Below, one piece after another: positions 49,221 through 58,872 of a DNA stretch of 64,000 bases (the first letter of the stretch is position 1; each line of letters starts with the position of its first letter). The DNA comes from a virus. The stretch covers positions 1 through 64,000 of IMG/VR virus record IMGVR_UViG_3300027754_000063, one strand, 5' to 3'. The position numbers and the translations under genes are program-made. The notes under the pieces were generated by a model, which saw only the letters and a list, made by a program, of their open reading frames with translations, was not told the DNA's origin and did not search any database.

Positions 49221-49311
49221 ACTGCCCTCCTTGAGTTAATCACATGTATCTTATATATATTTTGTGTATAAATTTTTTTTAAAAAATTTTACCAATTGAG
49301 TATTATAAAAT

Positions 49312-50361
49312 ATGTTTAATAGTAATAAAATTATTGAAAAAGTACAACTTCTTTTAGAAGTATTTGAAGATTCACAATGGAATCATGTTGTCAATTTCGA
49401 TTATGTTTCTGATTTTAAAGTCATGACTAGGAGCGACCTTCAGACTTTGAAAATGAAAAGATATTTATGTTCTACTAGAACATCTGGATCTACTGGTGAG
49501 CCTATTACTATAGAAAAAACTATCCTTGATCATATTTGGTATGTTGCTACAAATATAAGAGAAATTAGATGGAGAAAGTGGGACGCAACAAAGAATATAG
49601 CTATAATAAAACCTGGTCATAAAAAACAAGATAAAAATTCTTGGGGCATTCCTAATATTATCAATAAAGAACAAGGCAAGTCATTTATAAATGGTTACGC
49701 CACTATAGCAGAACTTCAATGTTGGCTAGAAGAAAAAAACCCTCATTACCTGCATTGTGCTCCATCTATACTAACTCAACTAGACTTGTCTAAGATGCCT
49801 AATTTCATAGACCACAAAGGCACAGGAGAGGCCGGTGGTTCAATGTATTCTAGTGAAGAGTGTGGGACTATATCTATAAGATGTCCTGACAATTCTGATT
49901 TCCACCATGTTATGGAAAATCAAATAGTAGAGGTAGATTATGATGGCGGGATAATCATAACTACTACTACTAACCCTTACATTAAAAGATACAAGCATGG
50001 TGATCACATAGAACTTGGTGAGTGCACATGTGGTAGAAAACTACAGGCTATTAAGAAAATTAATGGAAGAATAAGAAACATGTTTATTCTTCCAAATGGC
50101 GATAAAAAATGGCCTCTTTTTGGTTCTAGAGATTATTATGAAGTATTCGGAATTAAAAGGTATAAGATAGTTCAGACTACTTTAAATGATTTAGAAGCTC
50201 AGATAATTTCGGAACCTTTAGGAGACAAAGAGGAAGCATTTATTAGGCTAATTAAAGATACATTAAATTCGCCAATAAACGTAAAAATCAAGTATGTAAA
50301 TGAATTTCCAATGTATAAATTTGAAGAATTTGTTTCTTTGGTGGATATATCTTCATCGTAA
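49312..50361 (+). CDS. Phenylacetate-CoA ligase/CapK-like adenylate-forming enzyme
   Basis: RTSGSTGEP, YSSEECG, RY..GD, CTCGR, INGR. Confidence 0.8.
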   Translation: MFNSNKIIEKVQLLLEVFEDSQWNHVVNFDYVSDFKVMTRSDLQTLKMKRYLCSTRTSGSTGEPITIEKTILDHIWYVATNIREIRWRKWDATKNIAIIKPGHKKQDKNSWGIPNIINKEQGKSFINGYATIAELQCWLEEKNPHYLHCAPSILTQLDLSKMPNFIDHKGTGEAGGSMYSSEECGTISIRCPDNSDFHHVMENQIVEVDYDGGIIITTTTNPYIKRYKHGDHIELGECTCGRKLQAIKKINGRIRNMFILPNGDKKWPLFGSRDYYEVFGIKRYKIVQTTLNDLEAQIISEPLGDKEEAFIRLIKDTLNSPINVKIKYVNEFPMYKFEEFVSLVDISSS

Positions 50362-50384
50362 CATGATGGATCGCTGTATTTAAA

Positions 50385-50471
50385 TCAAAACATGGTTGTT
50401 CCTAAAACATATCCAACAACAAAAAATGCAATAATAATGAAAATTGCAGTTATTTCTTTTCTGTGCTTCAT
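50385..50471 (-). CDS. Very small single-TM peptide (28 aa)
   Basis: Manual translation MKHRKEITAIFIIIAFFVVGYVLGTTMF. Confidence 0.4.
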   Translation of the reverse strand: MKHRKEITAIFIIIAFFVVGYVLGTTMF

Positions 50472-50479
50472 ATTATAGT

Positions 50480-51157
50480 TTAGAAAAAATTAAATAAATC
50501 TATTTTTCCATCCTTTACAACAAGATAATTACAGGGAATTTCAGTCCAACTTCCACTATTATAGTAACCTGTGTGCGGTTTTGCGTCTGCATAATGCACA
50601 TGACCACAACAAACCATATCGCAGCCAATTTTTCTCATATAATCAGTTGATTTTTTCTCTATAATTTCTGCATTTCTTAAAAAAGTTTTGCTACTTTTCT
50701 TGGCAAGTTTAGCCAAATAAAAACTCTTATCTATTTTTTGAATAAACTTGTATATTTTATCTGCAAAATATACTAATATTGGTCTGTCTATTATAACGCT
50801 ATCGAATCTATCGCCGTGTAAAGCCAAAATTTTCTTGCCACCGCTCTCAAAAACATATTCCTCTAAAAAATCTATTCCTAATAGATGTGAAAGAACTTCA
50901 GCAGGACCATCATGATTGCCCAAAATTAAAACAACCTTAATATGATCGGACATACTTCTTATGAGCGAAAGAACTTTCCAGTGATGTTTCTTTAAACGAC
51001 GAAAATCCATATTATCAAAAAAATCACCGTTCAAAATAATACACTTTGTTGAGTTTTCTTTTTCAATTTTTTCTAAAAAAGTAGTTAGTAATTTTGCTTG
51101 ACTAACATCACTACCCAAATGAATATCGCTTATTATGATAGCATCAGCATTTTCCAT
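50480..51157 (-). CDS. UDP-2,3-diacylglucosamine hydrolase (LpxH)-like metallophosphoesterase
   Basis: ISDIHLGS, LNGDFFD, GNHD, LHGDRFD, CGHVH, YYNSGSW. Confidence 0.85.
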   Translation of the reverse strand: MENADAIIISDIHLGSDVSQAKLLTTFLEKIEKENSTKCIILNGDFFDNMDFRRLKKHHWKVLSLIRSMSDHIKVVLILGNHDGPAEVLSHLLGIDFLEEYVFESGGKKILALHGDRFDSVIIDRPILVYFADKIYKFIQKIDKSFYLAKLAKKSSKTFLRNAEIIEKKSTDYMRKIGCDMVCCGHVHYADAKPHTGYYNSGSWTEIPCNYLVVKDGKIDLFNFF

Positions 51158-51202
51158 GATATTATTTATTATAATGATTTAATTATTATAATGATATTCG
51201 TA

Positions 51203-51376
51203 TCAGTTTTTCTTCAAAGAAGCGTTCTTTTTCTTTTTTATAGATTTTTTCCCACAATTTAAATCAGAAAGTGCACCCCAAATTTGAAAATTAGCATTAC
51301 TTCTATCTTTGCAACCTACTATGGCATCACCGCCTGCGTTCTCTTTAATTTTTAACCAATTATAAAATGTTTTCAT
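51203..51376 (-). CDS. Small protein (57 aa) with CTS-like N-terminus and Lys-rich tail
   Basis: Manual translation MKTFYNWLKIKENAGGDAIVGCKD...FQIWGA...KKKKN. Confidence 0.65.
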   Translation of the reverse strand: MKTFYNWLKIKENAGGDAIVGCKDRSNANFQIWGALSDLNCGKKSIKKKKNASLKKN

Positions 51377-51397
51377 GATATATTAATGCTGGAAGCG

Positions 51398-51434
51398 AAA
51401 GAAAAAAGCCCTTAATTCTTCAATTAAGGGCTTT
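51398..51434 (-). terminator. Rho-independent terminator
   Basis: AAAGCCCTTAATT-CTTC-AATTAAGGGCTTT hairpin with A tract (U tract on minus). Confidence 0.85.
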
Positions 51435-51459
51435 AAAAATGTTTAATTTTTTCTAATTA

Positions 51460-52167
51460 TTATGATACGGCTGCACTGAACGGAGTAACCTCGGTGGCAG
51501 TCTGAGTAAGAACAGCTTTTACATGGAATAATCCGGCGGCAATGTCGAGTATTTCAACATAATTTCCTCTTCTACCACCTTTGGTAGAGCCATCCATAGT
51601 AATCGTATCATCGGTTCCACCTGCAATCCACATATCGATTGCTGTAGGCGTACCAGTCAGTGGTGTCTCGTCATCTGAACCAAAAGCAACTCCGGTCATT
51701 ACGTCAGTAGCATTAGCGACCTGAACTACGTATGTACCAGGACTTACAACAAGAGTATCTACATAAAACTTATAATTATTACCAGATCCAGATGCGGCTG
51801 GAAGCGTTGCAACAACGCCTGCGGCTCTTGTTAAAACGAGCGGCACATTAGCATGTGTGGCGGCTGTAAGCGTCACAGTCGCTGTATTTAGAACCACAGG
51901 GGCTTTTGATAGAGCGGTATTTGCTATCTTCGCCTGCGTAACGGCTAAAGCATCTAATTTAGCAGTTGTAACGGCTAGAGCATCTAATTTAGCAGTTGTA
52001 ACGGCTAGAGCGGCTAATTCGGCGGTTGAAATCGCTGAATCTGCGACGTCTACATTTACAACAGCATCTGTTGCCAAATTAACTGTTTTAACGACACCAT
52101 TTAATATTCTTGGTTTTAGTAGCTCGACAGAGCCAGGACCAGTACCTTCAGTTGTTTGTGTTGACAT
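51460..52167 (-). CDS. Putative capsid decoration/fibre protein, paralog of 62722..63273
   Basis: MSTQTTEGTGPGS; tandem LAVTTAKLDA repeats; TLPAASGSG..YKF, ends TPFSAAVS. Confidence 0.75.
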   Translation of the reverse strand: MSTQTTEGTGPGSVELLKPRILNGVVKTVNLATDAVVNVDVADSAISTAELAALAVTTAKLDALAVTTAKLDALAVTQAKIANTALSKAPVVLNTATVTLTAATHANVPLVLTRAAGVVATLPAASGSGNNYKFYVDTLVVSPGTYVVQVANATDVMTGVAFGSDDETPLTGTPTAIDMWIAGGTDDTITMDGSTKGGRRGNYVEILDIAAGLFHVKAVLTQTATEVTPFSAAVS

Positions 52168-52271
52168 TTTAAAATCCTTTCAAAGAAATACCTAGTACAT
52201 TATATATTATTTTATAAATAAAATTTAAAATTTGTTATCAGAATTTCTTTGAATTTCGCAGAAATCTGTAG

Positions 52272-55200
52272 TTAAGGAATAGACCAAGTATTGTTTTGAA
52301 CATTAAAAGTTCCTTCTTGAACATAATATCCTGCTGGAGGCGTGTTGGATGCAGTTGCATAGTTAAAATAACCTCTATTATATCTCATTTCGTCTCCACC
52401 AACTCCGTTTTTGTAATAAGCTGCTTTATACCATTCATTTTCTGTAGGAATCCAGCAATCGCTCATAACTTCAATAGACATTTCTCCATAATACGAAGTA
52501 TTTGGGAAAATATACGAACCAGTTTCTGTGTCAGCATGAAAAGTTATACTAACTGTTCCGCTTGCAGTAGCAGGTGCCGACATAATAATTGTTGCATCCT
52601 CATAATCTGGTATGTCTATAACAGAGGCACCGGTATCTATTCCCGTTCCAGTCATTAGCATTCCAATACAAACATCAAGAACACCAGGATCTGTATCCGC
52701 TGTAAAAATTACAGAGCTGCTCCCGTTTGTTGTGGTGCCTGTCAGAACTATCGTGTAAACGGCGGGAGTTTGTGCACCATTGTGAATCCAATTGCAGTAC
52801 CGTGCTGCTGCATGCCATTTCGTTGCTATCGGTTTTTTGTGCATTCCGCTTCTAATTTGCAAAATATCCAGTGTAGAATCAAAATATATTCCTAACCATT
52901 GACCGGATAAGTTTGGATTTGCACCTTCTTGATCTTGAATAAGATCTAGGTCTACTATGCGTTGCATGCTGCCGTCTATTACATTAGCCTGTAAAAAAAG
53001 CATATATTGTTCTACAGTTATATTCAAAGCACTAATATAAAAATCATAATGTACATTACCACAATTCTTTTTAAGTGCTTTTGTGGATAACAAGCCATCT
53101 CCGAACCTGCTTTCCACCACATCAGCATTGTTACCTGCTTCATCAATGTCAATTAGATTTACTAATTTAAGCGATGCGTTTCCATCATAAAAATCTTTGT
53201 GAAAACTTGCAATTCTAAATGTTGAAAGGTTTTCTATATCCCATGATATTTCATGTTTATTGGTAGATCGAAAAACTTTAGTTCTTTTATCTGGTCTGTT
53301 GTCTTCAATTTCATATAAAGATCGTTTATTAGGAAATAAAGTTCTTCCTCCTGTGAGACCTACTCCTCTTACAATGTATTCTGCATCTTGTTCTAACTGT
53401 TCTGGAGCATCGAAAGAATCTTCTACGTAAACAGCACTGCTAGATATACGAACATCATCAATATATCCATTAAAAACTTCGGCTAAATTGTGTCGACCGG
53501 CACCAATAGTAAGGTCGTGTGTGGCTGGAGAATCTGGATCCGTTATTACCGTGTTGTTGAAGAATTCGTATACATTTACACCATTCGCATATATGCGGTA
53601 ATTGTTAGTATTTTCATCTACAAGCCAAGCATTATTTCTTACTAATGCAAGGTGCGTCCATGATCCAACGGGAGCATGAACCTCAGCGTTCCAATCATAA
53701 TGCAGAACGCTTGTTCCTGTTATTTCTGCATAACCAGACGTACTACAACCATCACTATCGTTGAAGTGTGCGGATTGTGCAACTGTAAAAGCCGTATCCG
53801 TAACAGTAAGTATTGTATAGGTTATTGTAACATCGTGTAGACAAGCGGTACACTGTGCATATTTAAGCCTTGTTATTGTAACGCTACCACCAACTGAAAA
53901 TCCGTGGGAGCGTTCAGCGATAGGATCAGCAAAGCCTCCAATTTCACTTGTATCTCCTACATACGTGATTGTAATCGTAGCACCACTTCTATTATAAGAT
54001 CCCGTAAATGATTTATTCCCACTGATATATAAAGAATCTGAATTGCTCCCGTGTCTCCAAAGGATACCATCGTTATACTCTCCTACACTGAACAAGCCTC
54101 CTACTAAAGTTTGAGATGTTGGGTAAACCCATGCTTCTAAAGTAAAGTCTCCTATTCCAAAATCAAAAACTTCGTTTGCCGCGATATACGCAAAATTGCC
54201 AGAACAAGCCATAGCAGATGCACCAAATTTCTTTTCAGCACTAGTTGTAATACTTATTGGACTGCCAATTGATCCGTTGTATCCCAATACTTCCAAACCA
54301 AAATAACTGTTATCCGTTAATTCGTCCTCGAAATTTAGAATTAATATGGCATTTACACCTTCCCATGTGCTTGTAAGTTCTCTACCGTTTCCACCTTGAT
54401 CGAATGTGCCATAAGCACTCGTGCTTTTTATTGTGCCAACATCCAGTATAACACCTCCAGAGCTATGGCTATAGCCGCTGCCGCCGTTTGTAACAGTTAC
54501 AGCGGTTATAACGCCGTTGCTTGTGTTTATTATACCCGTAGCACCTGAACCATTTGAAGCTGTGAAAATAATTTTTGATCCATTTCCATACCCTGTGCCT
54601 CCTTTAGGATCATATTTCCCGAACCCTACAACATTAACGCCGCTGATGGATGTACTAGGTTCTGGGCTTACAACTACAAAGAATTCTGCTCCTACACCGT
54701 CAACCACAGATGCTGTAATGTACCCAGAAACTTCAGGATCGTTAGTAGAGATGTAGCCACTGCCGCCATTTGTAATATTTACGCTAGTAACAATACCAGA
54801 AGAAGTAACAATTGTTGCTGTGGCTCCAGAACCATTTGAAGTTGTAAAAGAAATGTTTGATCCACTTCCATAATCTGCACCTCCTCTGATAATGCCTACG
54901 CCTGTTATCGCACCAGAAGATACTGTTATATTTCCAAACACAACTCCAGAACCGCTTTTAACATAAGCTTGAACAGGATCTTCGGGTTGAGTATTATTTT
55001 CTGTTGAATCTCCATGCGTAAATTGATCTTCTTTAACATCAACATTAAAATGAAAGGTAGAGCAGTTGTCAGCACACCTTGGATCTGCTTGTGTTTCTAT
55101 CATGAGTCGAATAGTTTTTGTTTCAAAAGGTAGAGCTATTACATACCCTTCTTCTTCTTGCGATCCAGTCCAAACCTGAAAATCATCAGCCCATATATGA

Positions 55201-57341
55201 AATACATTCGGGTTCTCAATTTGACCACCGCATGTGAATGTCAAGGACTTTATTCCAATAGGGCGTATAAAATTGTGAGTAAACCAAGAGCCATCTGGTT
55301 CTGCTGTAACCTGACACTTACAATTTTCAACAGGAGTTGTTGGAGGGGCTCCAGGATCTGTGCCGCATGTATAGGTGTGGGTTCCTATGGATGGTTCGTA
55401 ACTATCAACGATGCAAACTTCTGGGGCACAACAATTCGGACACGTCCTTTGTAACGGAAATTGTTTCGGTAGATAGTTGGCTTGATTAGAATCGCTTCCA
55501 ATCGTTGTGCCTGGAGGTGTTTCACTCTGTGTGGCGAAAGACCAGTATCCGCCGACGCCAGATCCACAGCGATTTGGTGAGTAGTACCCAGCTTTGTACC
55601 ACTCGTCTATAGTTGGCATCCGATACGTAGGAGCTAAACCCGTATTTGGGTTTATGTCGTTGACGGTATATATTAAGTTTGATACACTTAGTAGTGTAGG
55701 TTGACCGTATTGGTCCAATGCACTCTCATCAAAATTGTATGCACCGTTTTCTGTTGTCGTTCCGTCTTGTGCTCCGCTCGGTTTGCCATTACTCATCCAA
55801 TTGCAAAATCTCGCACATGAATCAAAGCTAACAAACTCGACCGGATGGTTACCAGCACTGTTCAAAACGGCATATACGTAGCCGCCGTTTGTACCAGAAC
55901 GGCTGATTGATGGTATATAAGATGTTTGATAGACTGTTGTGTTCATTAGGGTACTGTAGAGACCACCAACGGGATCAGTGGCAGCTACCGCATTTAAGAA
56001 CTCCGTGTACTGATCGACCGTCACTGCGTACTTGCCGATCTGGTATTCGTATGACACGGAACCCGCATCTCGTGCCGGGTTCCCGCAAACCGAAGAAGAG
56101 TCGTACGCCGCACCGAGGATGGCGGCATCCCGCCGTGCCTGCAAAGCCTGCGAGGGTGACAAGCTGTTACCACAAGGGACCAGTAAGCCACTTTCTTTGG
56201 CGGCGTTTCCAGGATTGCCAACCGGCACCATGTCAGGGAGTTCTTCCATTGATGAACTTGCGAGGCGAAAACCGATGTAGTAACCCCCGTAACGAGGGTC
56301 CTGCTCCTCGACCATGGGTCTGCTGTAACTCCAGAGGGAGGAATATATGCTGATATTAACAGTGCTTCCCGTGAAACCAGTAGCTACACCATTAAGTTTA
56401 ATTTCGATAACCTCTCCGGTCCACTCATTTACATTGCCAAACTGATCAAATGTGCCGTAGAAGCTCTCGCTGCCAGTAAATGAGCCTACGTCAGTTACGT
56501 GCCCGATCCAGTTTTCACTAGTCCAGATGTCTTCTTCTGATACTACTGGTTGGTCATTAACTAGCGTAACAGGCGATGTATCAGGTACAAGAGCGTCAAG
56601 TTCTGCTCCACTACCTTTGTCTCCTCCGTCCCCTCCAGACAACGGAGTTATTTCAGGTGCTCCAGTTGCTCCAACTTTAACGTTCAAAACAGTCCAAGAA
56701 ATGTCTCTGAATGTTCCTTGTCCTGGCAAGTCATTATTATCAAGAATATAAGATACGGTTGTGTGGTTTGTTTGTACTAAGTATCCAGGAACGAGTGTTG
56801 CTGTACCTTGCCAAGATTTGTCGCCAAATTTTTGATCTATTATGGCTAATTCTCCAATATCTGAAAGATTAAATGAGAATTTGTCAGGACGATAACTAGC
56901 GTCTTTCCTTGTCCATACTCTATTTCCATTTGCTCGTATAAGATTTCCTTTAACATCATATGAGGGTCCATTCATGTCTGCTGCTGTACATTCCCAGTAA
57001 ACAGTCATGCCTGTAATGTTTACTCTAATTTTATCGATTCTTCTTTTGTCTCCGATTTTAAAGTGTGCATCAAGCAGTCCTTGTGCATACATAAGCGGTC
57101 CTTTTCCGTCTATTGTGTATTCAGCAGGACTAAGATCTGATGGAACTCTATCTTCTGGATCGGTGCTAGCATTTTCAAAATAGAAAGTTTTTATTCCAGT
57201 TTCAGGCATGTCATTGTCTGTTGTGAAACTGTTACAGCTTTCAATTGACAGTATGTGTGTGTCTGCTGGTACATTTTCTCCTGTAACCTTAAGACCAACA
57301 CGCAAGAATGCTGTCGGGCACGATCCGGCTATTTTTGTCAT
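52272..57341 (-). CDS. Large mosaic adhesin/fibre protein with FGE-sulfatase (C-type lectin-like) and LamG domains
   Basis: YGTFDQxGN, IGFRLA, YQIGKYAVT, ARFCNW, EWYKAxYY; DFTLEAWVYP...WTHLALVR...FNGYIDDVRIS; VTxVxxTNGGSGY repeats. Confidence 0.85.
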   Translation of the reverse strand: MTKIAGSCPTAFLRVGLKVTGENVPADTHILSIESCNSFTTDNDMPETGIKTFYFENASTDPEDRVPSDLSPAEYTIDGKGPLMYAQGLLDAHFKIGDKRRIDKIRVNITGMTVYWECTAADMNGPSYDVKGNLIRANGNRVWTRKDASYRPDKFSFNLSDIGELAIIDQKFGDKSWQGTATLVPGYLVQTNHTTVSYILDNNDLPGQGTFRDISWTVLNVKVGATGAPEITPLSGGDGGDKGSGAELDALVPDTSPVTLVNDQPVVSEEDIWTSENWIGHVTDVGSFTGSESFYGTFDQFGNVNEWTGEVIEIKLNGVATGFTGSTVNISIYSSLWSYSRPMVEEQDPRYGGYYIGFRLASSSMEELPDMVPVGNPGNAAKESGLLVPCGNSLSPSQALQARRDAAILGAAYDSSSVCGNPARDAGSVSYEYQIGKYAVTVDQYTEFLNAVAATDPVGGLYSTLMNTTVYQTSYIPSISRSGTNGGYVYAVLNSAGNHPVEFVSFDSCARFCNWMSNGKPSGAQDGTTTENGAYNFDESALDQYGQPTLLSVSNLIYTVNDINPNTGLAPTYRMPTIDEWYKAGYYSPNRCGSGVGGYWSFATQSETPPGTTIGSDSNQANYLPKQFPLQRTCPNCCAPEVCIVDSYEPSIGTHTYTCGTDPGAPPTTPVENCKCQVTAEPDGSWFTHNFIRPIGIKSLTFTCGGQIENPNVFHIWADDFQVWTGSQEEEGYVIALPFETKTIRLMIETQADPRCADNCSTFHFNVDVKEDQFTHGDSTENNTQPEDPVQAYVKSGSGVVFGNITVSSGAITGVGIIRGGADYGSGSNISFTTSNGSGATATIVTSSGIVTSVNITNGGSGYISTNDPEVSGYITASVVDGVGAEFFVVVSPEPSTSISGVNVVGFGKYDPKGGTGYGNGSKIIFTASNGSGATGIINTSNGVITAVTVTNGGSGYSHSSGGVILDVGTIKSTSAYGTFDQGGNGRELTSTWEGVNAILILNFEDELTDNSYFGLEVLGYNGSIGSPISITTSAEKKFGASAMACSGNFAYIAANEVFDFGIGDFTLEAWVYPTSQTLVGGLFSVGEYNDGILWRHGSNSDSLYISGNKSFTGSYNRSGATITITYVGDTSEIGGFADPIAERSHGFSVGGSVTITRLKYAQCTACLHDVTITYTILTVTDTAFTVAQSAHFNDSDGCSTSGYAEITGTSVLHYDWNAEVHAPVGSWTHLALVRNNAWLVDENTNNYRIYANGVNVYEFFNNTVITDPDSPATHDLTIGAGRHNLAEVFNGYIDDVRISSSAVYVEDSFDAPEQLEQDAEYIVRGVGLTGGRTLFPNKRSLYEIEDNRPDKRTKVFRSTNKHEISWDIENLSTFRIASFHKDFYDGNASLKLVNLIDIDEAGNNADVVESRFGDGLLSTKALKKNCGNVHYDFYISALNITVEQYMLFLQANVIDGSMQRIVDLDLIQDQEGANPNLSGQWLGIYFDSTLDILQIRSGMHKKPIATKWHAAARYCNWIHNGAQTPAVYTIVLTGTTTNGSSSVIFTADTDPGVLDVCIGMLMTGTGIDTGASVIDIPDYEDATIIMSAPATASGTVSITFHADTETGSYIFPNTSYYGEMSIEVMSDCWIPTENEWYKAAYYKNGVGGDEMRYNRGYFNYATASNTPPAGYYVQEGTFNVQNNTWSIP

Positions 57342-57357
57342 TTAATTTCTTTCTATG

Positions 57358-58638
57358 TTAGTTTTTATAGACGCCTCCGCGTCCCTTACGTGCAGGAGGA
57401 GCACATCCTACACATCCACGACGTCTTGGCGGACGAGCACCATCGCATCTACGGCAGCAACATGGTGGTTTGTAGCCGTTTGCTGCTGGATATGGGGGCG
57501 GAGGAGCACCATTGTTCGTTGCTCTGGAGAAAAACAAACGTCCTACAAGACCCCTACGCTGGCCACGTGGTCTGCAAGTGCTTGGAATGCACTTCGGTTC
57601 GGCCTGCGGCGGGCAAAGATAGCATCGTTCTGGTACTTCTTTAGGAGGCAGGTCTGGTACTGTACCTGATGGCGGTGTTGGTGGTAATGGGCTTTGTCTC
57701 GGCAGCGGAGTTATTGTTATAACTGGTGAGTCATGAGTTGTGTTTACAATAATAGGCGTGCGTGTAGTTGGAGTGATAGGATCAGGATAATCAGGTCCAA
57801 CAGTCATTGTCGTTGTTGCTCTCTTGTTATAAGTCTGCTCACCAAATCCAAACTTGTGGTAGCAATTCGCTTCCATGGTATCGGTTGCAGGATCAAAACA
57901 CCCATCAAACATTAATCTTGTTGGTTGGTATTCGTCGTCAACGTCAGGTGAGTTCGGGGAGTTATCTAAAATTCGTAAAACAGAGTCGACAGTAAGATCA
58001 TCAGAGAATTCTGTCAGCATTTGGCTTACATTAGGAGCATGCTTATTGCAGTTGTATTCTCCATCTGGTCCTGTATAAACATCCGGAAAACCAGGCGGAG
58101 TGTTGCTGCTGTACACGCACGGTTGTCCATATCCTGGTCTGTACCATCCCTCACAACCTCCAGGACAGAATGGTTTTGGGTTTGGTGGTTTTGGTGGTAT
58201 TGGTATTGGTGTCATTGGGAGCCATGTTATTACTGGTACATGCTCAGGAGGGCTGGCACATGCACGAGATGAATCGCCTTCGTCGTATCCGTCGCAATTA
58301 ATAAACCAAGTAACAAAGAATGAATTTGTTGGCGATACTGTGTCTCGATTATCATTTGACTGCATTGCATGGATTTCTTCTGCTGTTGCAAATGTAATTT
58401 TTTGAAAAACTTGTGCCGAACTGCAGTCATCTGTAAGCATTTCTTCTGAGTCTGCTATTTGCCCACAAGGTCTTAATGGATGTGATGGAGGCGGGCTAAC
58501 TTCCTCTTCCAAAGGCAAAGGCGTAGTTTCTTCAAGAGATTTAACGTATTCGGAAATTATATCTTCTGCATAAGACTTTTTCTGATTCCATAATACTTTG
58601 TGTTCAAATTGAATTTCACTCATATATGGATTTGGCAA
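57358..58638 (-). CDS. Pro/Cys-rich hypothetical protein
   Basis: 426-aa ORF upstream of the adhesin; possible ATT start at 58665. Confidence 0.7.
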   Translation of the reverse strand: MPNPYMSEIQFEHKVLWNQKKSYAEDIISEYVKSLEETTPLPLEEEVSPPPSHPLRPCGQIADSEEMLTDDCSSAQVFQKITFATAEEIHAMQSNDNRDTVSPTNSFFVTWFINCDGYDEGDSSRACASPPEHVPVITWLPMTPIPIPPKPPNPKPFCPGGCEGWYRPGYGQPCVYSSNTPPGFPDVYTGPDGEYNCNKHAPNVSQMLTEFSDDLTVDSVLRILDNSPNSPDVDDEYQPTRLMFDGCFDPATDTMEANCYHKFGFGEQTYNKRATTTMTVGPDYPDPITPTTRTPIIVNTTHDSPVITITPLPRQSPLPPTPPSGTVPDLPPKEVPERCYLCPPQAEPKCIPSTCRPRGQRRGLVGRLFFSRATNNGAPPPPYPAANGYKPPCCCRRCDGARPPRRRGCVGCAPPARKGRGGVYKN

Positions 58639-58782
58639 GGAAACAGTCCATAAGTGGAATGCAATGAATTGCCTTTAGCTCCTAAGCATTTTTATTAAAA
58701 GTTTATTTACATTATATATATTGTTTTTTTTAAATTTTATTATATATAGATTGTCAGTATAATCTACAATTTAAGGGTTTTT

Positions 58783-58824
58783 ATGCAATTTAATCAATGG
58801 TTAGAATGTAATAATACCAGATAG
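58783..58824 (+). other. 13-codon micro-ORF or gene remnant consisting of a CTS-like peptide
   Basis: AAGGG SD then MQFNQWLECNNTR*. Confidence 0.4.
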
Positions 58825-58872
58825 CTACGAAGCAATTTTTAGAAAAATTATACTTACAGTACTAGGAATAAT

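Noticed and set aside
52272-57341. Complete diversity-generating retroelement
   Set aside because: FGE/CLec-type domains are present but no reverse transcriptase or template repeat lies in the window
57255-57720. Frameshift or plus-strand genes in the GC-rich end of ORF 57358..58638
   Set aside because: The minus frame stays open with consistent Pro/Cys/Arg composition, which explains the GC; plus-strand ORFs lack SD sites and motifs
25949-58872. Possible TAG-to-Gln recoding (TAG stops in frame with the next gene after terminase, gp21 and the 58783 micro-ORF)
   Set aside because: Conserved genes are full length under code 11 with no TAG fragmentation, and TAG ends gp23 at its expected C-terminus; in-frame spacing occurs one time in three by chance
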